A program made the translations under genes and the position numbers. Positions 29,948 to 39,120 of a stretch of DNA of 64,000 nt are shown here, piece by piece. The notes under the pieces were generated by a model. That model saw nothing but the letters and a program-made list of their open reading frames with translations, did no database searches and was not told where the DNA came from. Location of the stretch: assembly GCA_965215265.1 (NCBI GenBank), contig OZ244048.1:1344001-1408000 (forward strand). Direction: 5' to 3'. How positions within the stretch are numbered: position 1 is the first letter of the stretch; each line of letters starts with the position of its first letter. The DNA is from Candidatus Poribacteria bacterium (GTDB lineage Bacteria; Poribacteria; WGA-4E; WGA-3G).

Positions 29948-30170
29948 GTTGATGGTACGGAGAGATATAAAAAATGGATATAAACATAAGCAGGCTCTGG
30001 CGAGATTTACATCTGATTTTACACAACCTAAGCACCGATGGTATTGAAATATACAAAAAAATGAATCTAAACAGAGAGAGGATTTGGGGTCGCCCGCCCA
30101 CCCAAATCCTTGAGATTTGACACAGTTTTATCAAAACATCAGGCGTTGCCGTGCTGCAGTATACAAAAAA
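29948..30170. repeat. Palindromic-arm repeat family cluster; near-identical inverted copy of 37795-38005
   Basis: Three reverse-orientation arms (CGAGATTT...GATGGTA.TGAAATATAC). Confidence 0.88.
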
Positions 30171-30176
30171 AATGTT

Positions 30177-31253
30177 TTACGGGATGGGTAAATGTGCGAC
30201 AACGCCTGCATGGTCTGATGGCCACAGCCCGGACGGTAGCAGGTCTGAAGGCTTATCCCCCACGGTGTGTGTGATGATAGGCATTCCTACTTCAAAATTC
30301 TTGACAAAAATCTGGTCAATGCGCTTTGTTAATTGACTGCTTTGATTTTCCAGCATTGCAGCTTGACAACAAGTGTTTCCAGTGCCTTCTGTAGGCATCT
30401 GCCAGGTGTCGACGTATCCGTCTGACAGTAAGATTTGATAAGCTGTTCCGTCTGGCGCTGCGGTGTTGAAATCTCCCAATAAGATAATAGGCAAAGTTTC
30501 ATCGCGAAGTGCCTGAATCAGTTCGTGAGTTTGGGCGATGCGAATCGTTTCGGCAAACGCCTCCAGATGTGTATTGACAACGCGATAGGTAACGCCGGAG
30601 ATAGTTGCGTCGATTGCTGTATATCCGCGTGGTACGCTAAAGTTAAGGGGTTCAATTAACAGGGCTGTCGGGTACGTTTGACTGCTGCTCCGTGATACTT
30701 CAACGTCGCTGCGTGCGAGGATAACATCATAGTCGGTTAACCGAATATCATCAACGCCGGTATCGGAAAACATAGGCATTTCAATGTCAATGTTTTGAAC
30801 TTTAGCAGCAACTTTATAATTTAAGTCCTCGGCTTGCAGTGCGGCGAGCAAAATTTCAAGGAAATCCAAAATGACTGTTTCAGCAGGGACTTCACCGCCT
30901 GCGATTCTATCGCCAGGGGTTTGCCGTCGCACCAATGAAATTTCCTGCAATCCAATGAGGTGAGGCTGAGATGCCTGGATGGATTTAACAATCGCCTTAG
31001 CTCGTGCTGGAAAATCAGAGGCGATGACTTGATTGTACATATCAGTGACTGCCCGGGGTATCTCCAATAGATTCGTTGTATCCAAAATGGATTCAGCACT
31101 TGCCCCTACATAGACGTTGTAAGTCATCACCGTAAGCGGTGCGTCAAAAGAGATAGAAGTGTCAGGGGGTGTGACGGTATCGGTTATTTTTTCGCAGGCT
31201 GAAAGGGTGACTAGTATTAAGATTAACGAAAAAAGAATTTTTACTCTATACAT
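30177..31253 (-). CDS. Endonuclease/exonuclease/phosphatase family lipoprotein
   Basis: Lipobox LSAC, MTYNV, GLQE, NTHL, GDFN, RIDQI, SDH; start at MYRVK (the upstream extension is repeat-derived). Confidence 0.9.
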   Translation of the reverse strand: MYRVKILFSLILILVTLSACEKITDTVTPPDTSISFDAPLTVMTYNVYVGASAESILDTTNLLEIPRAVTDMYNQVIASDFPARAKAIVKSIQASQPHLIGLQEISLVRRQTPGDRIAGGEVPAETVILDFLEILLAALQAEDLNYKVAAKVQNIDIEMPMFSDTGVDDIRLTDYDVILARSDVEVSRSSSQTYPTALLIEPLNFSVPRGYTAIDATISGVTYRVVNTHLEAFAETIRIAQTHELIQALRDETLPIILLGDFNTAAPDGTAYQILLSDGYVDTWQMPTEGTGNTCCQAAMLENQSSQLTKRIDQIFVKNFEVGMPIITHTVGDKPSDLLPSGLWPSDHAGVVAHLPIP

Positions 31254-31254
31254 A

Positions 31255-31322
31255 TTTTTGTATATTTCAGCCCTCCAACGGCTGATGTTTTTTGTATATT
31301 TCAGCCTAAAAAGTAGACGAAA
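31255..31322. repeat. Repeat family cluster (partial arms)
   Basis: tttgtatatttcagcc present twice; gtagacgaaa. Confidence 0.7.
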
Positions 31323-32700
31323 TAGACATTGCACAGTTTGCTTTTATAAGTTCTCCGTCCAAGGTTGTTAACTTGACTCGCAAAATGTGGTTAATGGTTG
31401 AAACTGGTGTTTGTACTAAAACGCGTAGATAGTTATCAGTAAAACCGGCCAGTTGTTGTGGTTTTCCTTCGGTGCTATGTTCAACTAACACGTTCTTATA
31501 TTTTCCAAGCATGCGTCTGCGAAAGGCGATGCCGAGTTGTTTCCCGACTTCAATCATAATACGGCTTCGCGCTGCAGAGACCTCAGGTGAGACGTGTGCC
31601 TCGTAATTCGCAGCCGGGGTCCCTTTACGCGGCGAGTAACGAAACACGTGCATCTGACTGAACCCAATTTTTTTAACAAACTGGAGAGAGTTTTCGAAAT
31701 CAGCAACCGTCTCGCCGGGGAATCCTACCATAATATCTGTGGTGATTCCGACATCGTCTGTAAAGAGGGTGCGTAGCCTATCAACGAGGTGCGAAAATTG
31801 AGAAGTGGTATACCGTCTGCGCATGCGCTGCAAGACGTTATCCGACCCGGATTGAATAGGGAGATGGAAGTGTGGCATACATTTCGGCAGTGCGGCCATC
31901 CGCTCGGCTATGATGTCGGGGAAGTACATGGGCTCAATTGAGCTGAAACGGATGCGGGCGATGTCATCAATACGATGAATACGCTCTAATATGTCTGCAA
32001 TATCTTTATCTCTTCCGGTGTCTACCCCGTAAGCCCCAAGATGCACTCCGGTAATAACAATTTCCTTGATGCCGCTGTCAGCGAGGCGGCGTGCTTCATC
32101 TACGATATCAGCGAGCGGTCGACTAGTCATTCTGCCGCGTACATAAGGGATAATGCAGTAGGTACAGAAGGCGCTGCACCCGTCTTGAACCTTTATTAAT
32201 GCCCGCGTCCGTTTTCCGGAATTGCTGATACCGCTGCTAAACCGCGCGTGTTCTCGGACAGCATCATGCTGCACGGGTTTTAGCGATAGAAGGTTCCGTT
32301 TTTTCGTATCTTTCAGTTTTGAACGAGAAGAATTTGGTTTCTCTGCTCCCGGTTCAGCGGTATGTAATGCGTCCAGGTAATCCTGAAGTTCAGCTTTTTC
32401 ACGGTTGCCGAAGACAAAGGTTACGCCTGGAATCTTTTGAATTGCGGTCCGGTCGCTCTCGGCGTAACAGCCAGTGACAAGCACTTTAGCGTTGGGGTTC
32501 TGTCGGAGAGCGCGTCTAATTGCTTGGCGTGCCTTCTGGTCGGCCGTATTGGTTACAGTACAGGTGTTGATGAGATAGAGTTCTGCTGGGTCCGCATCCC
32601 CAACTAGACTATATCCGTTTCGGAGGAGTGTCTCCTGCATAGATTGCGTGTCGTATTGGTTCACTTTGCATCCCATCGTGATGAGTTTTACTGTTTTCAT
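31306..32700 (-). CDS. mtaB: tRNA t6A37 methylthiotransferase (radical SAM)
   Basis: TMGCKVNQYD, INTCTVT, KVQDGCSAFCTYCIIP, TDNY; start at MKTV. Confidence 0.93.
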   Translation of the reverse strand: MKTVKLITMGCKVNQYDTQSMQETLLRNGYSLVGDADPAELYLINTCTVTNTADQKARQAIRRALRQNPNAKVLVTGCYAESDRTAIQKIPGVTFVFGNREKAELQDYLDALHTAEPGAEKPNSSRSKLKDTKKRNLLSLKPVQHDAVREHARFSSGISNSGKRTRALIKVQDGCSAFCTYCIIPYVRGRMTSRPLADIVDEARRLADSGIKEIVITGVHLGAYGVDTGRDKDIADILERIHRIDDIARIRFSSIEPMYFPDIIAERMAALPKCMPHFHLPIQSGSDNVLQRMRRRYTTSQFSHLVDRLRTLFTDDVGITTDIMVGFPGETVADFENSLQFVKKIGFSQMHVFRYSPRKGTPAANYEAHVSPEVSAARSRIMIEVGKQLGIAFRRRMLGKYKNVLVEHSTEGKPQQLAGFTDNYLRVLVQTPVSTINHILRVKLTTLDGELIKANCAMSISSTF

Positions 32701-32707
32701 GTTTTCG

Positions 32708-32865
32708 TTTTTGTATATCTCCGTACCATCAACGCTTATGTCGTGATAACGCGTGTGTAAATCTCGTAGGAGGTTATCTAGGTATAGTTTTGTATATTGT
32801 AGCATATGAATGAGGTTTGTGCTAAGGTTATCATTACAGCCGGCATTGTCGTGCTGAAATCTACC
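32708..32865. repeat. Repeat family cluster (inverted arm pair)
   Basis: gtatatctccgtaccatcaacgcttatg...gtgtgtaaatctcg...gtttgtgctaagg...gtgctgaaatctac. Confidence 0.88.
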
Positions 32866-33565
32866 AATATTCATAAGCGGCCAGGGCGATCCCGGCAATG
32901 GCGGCGGTTTCTGCACGCAGTCGGTGCGGTCCAAGTGTGACAGGGATGCATCCGTTTTGAACAGCAGCCGCAATCTCTCGCTCTGCAAATCCACCTTCCG
33001 GACCCACAAAAAGGGCTATAGATTCCACTGCGGGGGCCGTCCGGAAGGCCTCTTTGATGTGCCGCTCCTTTTCATATTCACTGCAGATAAGACAGAGCGA
33101 TTTTTTTTTGAGTTGCCCTAGGCACGTTGGGAACTGTTGCACAGTTAACAATTCCGGCATCCATGGGCGTTTGCACTGTTTCGTTGCGGAGATAATAACG
33201 CGTTTCCAACGTTCATACCGTCTTTGTCCCGGTTTTTTCAACGAACGTTCTGAGTGGATAGGTACAACGTTTGTTACACCGAGCTCGGTAGTTTTTTGTA
33301 GAATTAGTTCCATCTTGTCATTTTTCGGCAGCGCCTGAAAAAGCGTGAAGGTAGGCAGCACCCGTGCGTGAAATTGCTTGCTTACCAGATGTGCCTTTTC
33401 TGGGCTGAGTATTTTCGCGAGGTAGATAGTGCCTTCCCCATCAATAATTCTGATTGTATCGCCGGCGGTTATACGCAGCACATTGTGCAGATGGTGCTGC
33501 TCCGTTTCTGGAATCGTGGCAATGTCGCCGCGCAACTGTGAAGGCGGAACATAGAAGGTGTGCAT
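32861..33565 (-). CDS. rsmE: 16S rRNA m3U1498 methyltransferase
   Basis: HHL.NVLR, QKTTELGV, VGPEGGF, LG..RLRAETA. Confidence 0.95.
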   Translation of the reverse strand: MHTFYVPPSQLRGDIATIPETEQHHLHNVLRITAGDTIRIIDGEGTIYLAKILSPEKAHLVSKQFHARVLPTFTLFQALPKNDKMELILQKTTELGVTNVVPIHSERSLKKPGQRRYERWKRVIISATKQCKRPWMPELLTVQQFPTCLGQLKKKSLCLICSEYEKERHIKEAFRTAPAVESIALFVGPEGGFAEREIAAAVQNGCIPVTLGPHRLRAETAAIAGIALAAYEYW

Positions 33566-33661
33566 CGTTTTCTAAGCCGTTTTCGTCTACTATCCTATGA
33601 GCGGGTTTTGCGTAAGACCTTTTGTTTATATCCTTCGCTGCTGTCTCATCAGTCGTGCCTA

Positions 33662-34333
33662 TCACGATAAGCGTCGCAATTTTTCGATCACGTTTTCGGG
33701 TGCTGCGCTACCAAAGATAGCCGTTCCAGCGACTAGGATGGTTGCTCCGGAGTGTATAGCAAGTGGCGCGACTTCCGGGGTTATGCCGCCATCTACGGAG
33801 AGTTCAATAGATAAATCAAGCGCCTGAATCATTCGCGTGAGGGCAGAGATTTTTTCAAGTGCAGTGGGTTGAAATTTTTGTCCGCCCTGCCCCGGCTCAA
33901 CGCTCATCGTTAAAACTAAATCAACCTCAGGAAGGTAAGGTGTGACAGTCTCCACAGGTGTTTTCGGTGACAGTGCCAACCCGGCTCGGATATTCCGTGC
34001 TTTAATCGCTCGGATGGTTTGCATCGGTTCATCAACACTTTCAATGTGAAAGGTAATGAAATCGGCACCTGCGTCTACAAGAGCATCAACATAACGGAGG
34101 GGCTGGTTGACCATAATGTGGACATCAAAGGGCACATCAGTCAATTGTCTGAGTGCAGCGATAGTGAGTGGGCTGATGGCGAAATTCGGCACGAACTCCC
34201 CGTCCATGACATCTAGATGAAGTAGATCTGCACCTGCGTGGACGATGCGCTGTACTTCCTCTCCGAAGCGAGTGAAATCTGCCGCTAAAAGAGAAGGGGC
34301 AATTTTAACTGTTGTATATCTTGGTACCATCAT
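33662..34333 (-). CDS. rpe: Ribulose-phosphate 3-epimerase
   Basis: IAPSLLAADF, HLDVMDG.FVPN, DVH.M, VDGG. Confidence 0.96.
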   Translation of the reverse strand: MMVPRYTTVKIAPSLLAADFTRFGEEVQRIVHAGADLLHLDVMDGEFVPNFAISPLTIAALRQLTDVPFDVHIMVNQPLRYVDALVDAGADFITFHIESVDEPMQTIRAIKARNIRAGLALSPKTPVETVTPYLPEVDLVLTMSVEPGQGGQKFQPTALEKISALTRMIQALDLSIELSVDGGITPEVAPLAIHSGATILVAGTAIFGSAAPENVIEKLRRLS

Positions 34334-34880
34334 CGCTTTTTCGTATATCTCCGTACCATAAAGGTTTATGTTTTGTAAATTACTGTATAAATCTCGCCAG
34401 AGCCTCCTGATGTATTGAATCTAAACATCGGAAACCTTCCGACGAGATTTGTAAAGGGTTTAAGATTGCAGCAGCCTTTATGGGGCTCCTGTAGACGAAA
34501 GAATCTCCGTACCATCATCGCTTATGTACTGATAACTCGTGTGTAAATCTCGTTTTCTTGTATACAGGAGCCCAATACTGATTGATGTTTTGATAACCCT
34601 TGCATAAATCTTGTCGCCTGCCCACCCAAATCCTTTGATGTATAGATTCATAGCATCGGAAGGCTCTGGCGAGAGCAGAATTGTCCCCGCAAGCGGGGTG
34701 AATTCTTTACACAGGACTTAACATTGCAGCAGCCTTGTATCGGGCTGAAATGTACGAAAGAACGAGATTTGTGCTAAAGTGTTCATTCAATATGTTAATG
34801 TTGTGCTGAAATATACGAAAGAACGAAATTTGTGCTAAAGCGTTCATTCAATATGTTAATGTTGTGCTGCACTATACTAA
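34312..34880. repeat. Large repeat family cluster (about 8 arms, including a 61-bp tandem pair at 34757-34880)
   Basis: Repeated gtatatctccgtacc / taaatctcg and cgagatttg / gtgctgaaatatacgaaa units. Confidence 0.9.
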
Positions 34881-34881
34881 A

Positions 34882-35859
34882 TTATCGATAGTGCTGTTCG
34901 GGCAATTTGTTTCCATTTTCGTAGGTAATGACCCGGACCTGGCCAAAGACGCGCAAAGCTTGTTTTTCCAAATCGATCACCGTTCCGGGTGCGTAATACC
35001 CATCAACCACAGTACGCTCGCCGGAGTCATCCTTGACAACAATTTTGACATGGTGGGAGACATTCCCCTGTTCGCTAACGGCATGTTTGAACGGTAGGAG
35101 TCTTCCGGTAATATCGATTTCATCTCGTACCCCGCTCACCTCAAGGACTATCAAGTCCCCACTCTGAATATGCACTCCATCTGCAGGTTTGTGTGTAATA
35201 ATGTCGCCGGACGGGATTTTTGGATGCGGGCTGTACTGAATTTCAACATTGAGTCCTGCGGCTTCAAGATCTGGTAGTACCTGATGGATAGATTGGTTCC
35301 GCAAGTCGGGTACCTGAATGTATTGCATCACCTTGCCGAGGCTCACCAATAGATTGACAGTGCTGCCTCTTGGTTGGCCTCCTCCCTCGGGTGGGGTTTG
35401 CGCGATAACGATATCCGGTGGATAATTGAGCGAATGAACGTACGCGATGCGATTTGGCAAAAATCTTGCGGCTGCGAGTGTCTCACGTGCTGCATCTACT
35501 GACTTACCGATTACAGAAGGCACAGGTTCCAACTCAGCGCCGATGCTCACCGTGAGTTCAACAGTCTGATGCGATTTGATTCTAAAGTGCGCGGGTGGTT
35601 TTTGTGAGACGATTTGACCTTTCTTGGCTTCACTGCTAGCCTCCCGGACCGGGTCTGCCACCTTAAGTCCTACCTCATCAAGATGCCGTATCGCCTCAAA
35701 GTAGGATTTGCCGGTAACGTTTGGTACGAAGACCTCCTCTGTGCGGACCCAATGTGGTATAACGACGAAAACCACCAACACTCCGACGATAGCAATAAGA
35801 ATGAGGCAGTAAAGAGAAACCTTGATTATAGCAAATAACGTATTGTTAAGGCTTTTCAT
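34882..35859 (-). CDS. Membrane-anchored PASTA-domain protein (3 PASTA repeats)
   Basis: N-terminal TM; VPNVTGKS, VPSVIGKS and VPDLRNQS repeats; start at MKSL. Confidence 0.88.
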   Translation of the reverse strand: MKSLNNTLFAIIKVSLYCLILIAIVGVLVVFVVIPHWVRTEEVFVPNVTGKSYFEAIRHLDEVGLKVADPVREASSEAKKGQIVSQKPPAHFRIKSHQTVELTVSIGAELEPVPSVIGKSVDAARETLAAARFLPNRIAYVHSLNYPPDIVIAQTPPEGGGQPRGSTVNLLVSLGKVMQYIQVPDLRNQSIHQVLPDLEAAGLNVEIQYSPHPKIPSGDIITHKPADGVHIQSGDLIVLEVSGVRDEIDITGRLLPFKHAVSEQGNVSHHVKIVVKDDSGERTVVDGYYAPGTVIDLEKQALRVFGQVRVITYENGNKLPEQHYR

Positions 35860-36290
35860 ATTTTTATATATCTCCGTACCGTCAAAGGTTATGCATTTGC
35901 TGGTTCGTGTGTAAATCTCGTTTTTTCGTATATCTTGGTAAAAAATTGGCCCTGCTTGCAGGGTGAATTCTTGTCCATCAACGCTACTTGCCAACTGCTA
36001 TTTACAAACCTTTACAAAACTCGCCAGAGCCGCTTTATGCTACGCCTAAGGAATCTCCGACGAGATTTTCACGGAAATTAACATAACATAGAGCCGTATC
36101 GGGCTTAACTATACAAAAACGTCAAAACACCAGACGGCTCAGACGAGAAAGGAATTGTCCCTGCAAGCAGGGATGAATTCTTCTACAAAACATAGAGCGT
36201 CATTGGGTGCCTGTAGACGAAAAAGCGAGATTTGTGCTTGCGTGTTCATTAAATCCATCGGTGACGTGCTGCCGTAGACGAAAGCCTGTT
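35860..36290. repeat. Repeat family cluster overlapping the fmt 3' end
   Basis: Multiple arms plus two CCCTGC-AA-GCAGGG-type hairpin inserts. Confidence 0.85.
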
Positions 36291-37204
36291 TGCAGTTGAT
36301 AACCGTTAATAAAATCGCGTGCATCCATAGCTTTTTTAGTGGCTGGTTGAAGTAGCAAAAGTTGAAGTGTGCCGTTCCCTGTTGCTATGAGCAGTTCTTG
36401 TTCAGTGCCAATGTGGAGCGTTCCTGGCGGCAGACCTAATGGCTGGGGTTTCGGCAGACAGCGTAGAATCTTCACCCGCAAATTCTGTGGAAAAAAGGTA
36501 TAAGCGCCGGGCCAAATGATGGTGCCGCGCACAAGATTGTGAATCTCCGTTGCCGCCTGCTGCCAGTTAATACGGCCACTCTCTTTTGTCAAACGTGGTG
36601 CGTATGTTGCAGCGGCGTGGTTCTGTGGAGATGCCGGAGGTGGCCGGTCGCTTGGCATTTTACGAAGCAGGCGTACCAATTGCTTAGCACCCAGGGCCGC
36701 TAAGGTATGCGTCAGCGTTGCAGCAGTCTCCTGGCTCCGAATCGGGATGTGCTCTTGGTAGATAATATCGCCAGTATCCTCACCGGCATCCAATAACATC
36801 AAAGTGATGCCGGTCTCCGTTTCGCCGTTAATCAACGTCCATTGAATGGGAGCAGCGCCTCGATATTTCGGCAGGAGTGATGGATGCAAGTTAATGGTGC
36901 CACACGGTGGAATATCCAACACTACCTGCGGAAGGAGTTGACCGAAGGCTGCAACGACGATGTTATCTGGTGCCAACCGTTCCAAGGTTTTGACAAAATC
37001 GGTGCGTCTCACCTTATCAGGTTGATAAACCGGCAGATTATGTCGCGCGGCCTCCACTTTCACGGGCGGCGGTGTGATTCGCTTTCCGCGGCCGCTGGGC
37101 CTGTCGGGTTGTGTGACAACTCCAATAAGTTCAAATTTGTGAGCAATGAGTGCTTGCAATGATGGTATAGCGAATTCACTGGTGCCCATAAATAGAATTT
37201 TCAT
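36200..37204 (-). CDS. fmt: Methionyl-tRNA formyltransferase
   Basis: FMGT.EF, VTQPDRP.GRG, NLHPSLLPKYRGAAPIQ; the last ~25 aa are repeat-derived. Confidence 0.96.
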   Translation of the reverse strand: MKILFMGTSEFAIPSLQALIAHKFELIGVVTQPDRPSGRGKRITPPPVKVEAARHNLPVYQPDKVRRTDFVKTLERLAPDNIVVAAFGQLLPQVVLDIPPCGTINLHPSLLPKYRGAAPIQWTLINGETETGITLMLLDAGEDTGDIIYQEHIPIRSQETAATLTHTLAALGAKQLVRLLRKMPSDRPPPASPQNHAAATYAPRLTKESGRINWQQAATEIHNLVRGTIIWPGAYTFFPQNLRVKILRCLPKPQPLGLPPGTLHIGTEQELLIATGNGTLQLLLLQPATKKAMDARDFINGYQLQTGFRLRQHVTDGFNEHASTNLAFSSTGTQ

Positions 37205-37229
37205 ATAGTGCAGCCCCCTAACGCCTGAT

Positions 37230-37892
37230 CTAAAATCGGATTTGAATGAGCTGGAGGGTTAGACCGCCCAGCGGTTCGCTTCTAGACGTGTTCACTGTGT
37301 GCCTTAGACGGTTTTGTAAGGCTGGATAAAATCCGGTGTTTATTGAAGTTGCACGCGGATACGGCGAATGCCCATCCAGCAGGCGAGCGACGACACCTTC
37401 TGTTGGTTCTTCGTCTTCAATTGGAGGCGGTGGTTCCGGCTTTTGAATACGTGGTGTTGCAGTATCTACCGAGCGTGTGCGCCACCAATCCCATACGCCG
37501 ATGAAAATTGACAACGAAACGGCACCGATGCCAATAATACGATAATCCTGCGGTGTTAACTCTGGCGCGAATTGCTTTTCACTATACATTTTTATCCCGC
37601 GCACCGCGACGTAACTGTGAATCGAGGTAAACGGAAGGGCGCTTAAGGTGATAATCTCAAACCGGCGTAGTGCATTCTCCTGATATCCTTCGACAGGAGC
37701 CGGTGCTTGCTCCTCTGGAGGCATCGGCCGTTTTTGCGCGCTTGTATACGACACGAACCCAAAAATAAAAGCGGCGCTAAGTATGAATACCTGCTTTTTG
37801 TATACTGCAGCACAGCAACGCCTGATGTTTTGATAAAACTGTGTGAAATCTCGTCGCCCGCCTACCCAAATCCTCTCTCTGTTTAGATTCAT
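37230..37892 (-). CDS. Hypothetical membrane/secreted protein (start uncertain, lies within repeat)
   Basis: Signal-like FILSAAFIFGFVSYTSA, LRRFEII..SALPF and TM segments; the only in-frame ATGs upstream lie inside the repeat. Confidence 0.6.
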   Translation of the reverse strand: MNLNRERIWVGGRRDFTQFYQNIRRCCAAVYKKQVFILSAAFIFGFVSYTSAQKRPMPPEEQAPAPVEGYQENALRRFEIITLSALPFTSIHSYVAVRGIKMYSEKQFAPELTPQDYRIIGIGAVSLSIFIGVWDWWRTRSVDTATPRIQKPEPPPPIEDEEPTEGVVARLLDGHSPYPRATSINTGFYPALQNRLRHTVNTSRSEPLGGLTLQLIQIRF

Positions 37893-38380
37893 TTTTTTGT
37901 ATATTTCAGTACCATCGGTGCTTAGGTTGTGTAAAATCAGATGTAAATCTCGCCAGAGCCTGCTTATGTTTATATCCATTTTTTATATCTCTCCGTACCA
38001 TCAACGCTTATGTTTTGATGGTGCGTTTTTTCGTATCTCTCCGTACCTAAAAAGTTTTTATTGTGTTAAATCCGATATAAATCTCGTCTTTTTGTATACT
38101 AGAGCCCTACAACGGCTGATGTATTGTCAATAACTGTGTAAATCTCGTTTTTTTTGTATGCAGGTGCCCGATGCCAGTTGCTGCAATTTAAATCTTGTGT
38201 ACATCTCGTCGCCCGCCCACCCAAATCCTTCTATGCTATGATTCGTAACATAAGCAGGCTCTGACGAGGTTTGTAAAGCATTTATCAAAACATCAGGCTT
38301 GATTGGGCTCCTGTAGACGAAAAGGCTCCTGTATACAAAAGAACATAACAACCGCCTTTGTTGTGCTGCACTATACGAAA
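37795..38380. repeat. Large repeat family cluster
   Basis: About 7 tandem forward arms followed by reverse arms ending at the lspA stop. Confidence 0.88.
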
Positions 38381-38862
38381 TTCCGGTTACGGAGTAGGTA
38401 AAGGACCAGCATACCTGCTCCGATACAGACAGAAACGTCAGCAAAGTTAAAGGTTGGCCAAAACAGTCTGCGGCTTTCTATGCCGAACTGCAGAAAATCA
38501 ATGACTTCTCCGATGCGTATCCGGTCGATGAAATTTCCAACCGCGCCGCCAAGTAGAAAGCCGAGGGCAATTTGCATCCAACGGCTCTGCCGAAATTGGA
38601 TTGAATATACCAGAATGAATCCTAAAGCAACAAGGGTGATCAAGATGAGCAAGGAGCGTTGCCCGGCTAATACCCCAAAAGCCGCGCCACTGTTCTTATC
38701 ATGGCGAAGATTGAAGAAACCGGGGATAACCGGTATAACTTCAGTGATATACGTAATGTGTTTTTCAACAAGCCACTTGCTCAGCCAATCTACGACGAAT
38801 ACCGGAATCGCTATTCCTATAAGCGTGAGTGAAACTTTCCAATTTTTCGTATTTTTTAGCAC
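38371..38862 (-). CDS. lspA: Lipoprotein signal peptidase II
   Basis: DWLSK, NSGAAFG, GGAVGNFIDR, VIDF, FNFAD. Confidence 0.96.
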   Translation of the reverse strand: MLKNTKNWKVSLTLIGIAIPVFVVDWLSKWLVEKHITYITEVIPVIPGFFNLRHDKNSGAAFGVLAGQRSLLILITLVALGFILVYSIQFRQSRWMQIALGFLLGGAVGNFIDRIRIGEVIDFLQFGIESRRLFWPTFNFADVSVCIGAGMLVLYLLRNRNFV

Positions 38863-38864
38863 GT

Positions 38865-39120
38865 TTTCGTATATCTCCGTTTTCTTGCATCTTTCAGCCC
38901 CATCAAGGGTTATATTTTTGATAATCCTTTACAAATCTCGTCGGAGGTTTTCGTATATCTCCGTACCGTCAACGCTTATGTCATGAATACTCGTGTGTTG
39001 GCAGGATAGGTATTCTTTTTCACTCCTTTTAGGAGTGAAAAGATTACGAAGTTGAGGGTGGCGAGATTTGTGCTAAGGTTATCATAAAATCAATCAGTGT
39101 TGTGCTTCCGTAGACGAAGC
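38865..39120. repeat. Repeat family cluster with nested hairpin element
   Basis: Arms plus a ggcaggataggtattc-tttcactcc-tttt-aggagtgaaa insert. Confidence 0.85.

Noticed and set aside
32701-33009. Long N-terminal extensions in the track for mtaB (also EEP, PASTA, 61843 ORF) and small ORFs such as 29940-30134, 37843-38133, 38127-38444, 43529-43821
   Set aside because: They are translations of the repeat family or overlap real genes, and similarity starts at downstream ATGs.
34312-34880. CRISPR array interpretation of the ~61-bp periodic repeats
   Set aside because: Units are degenerate along their whole length, occur in both orientations, have no unique spacers, and no cas genes are present.
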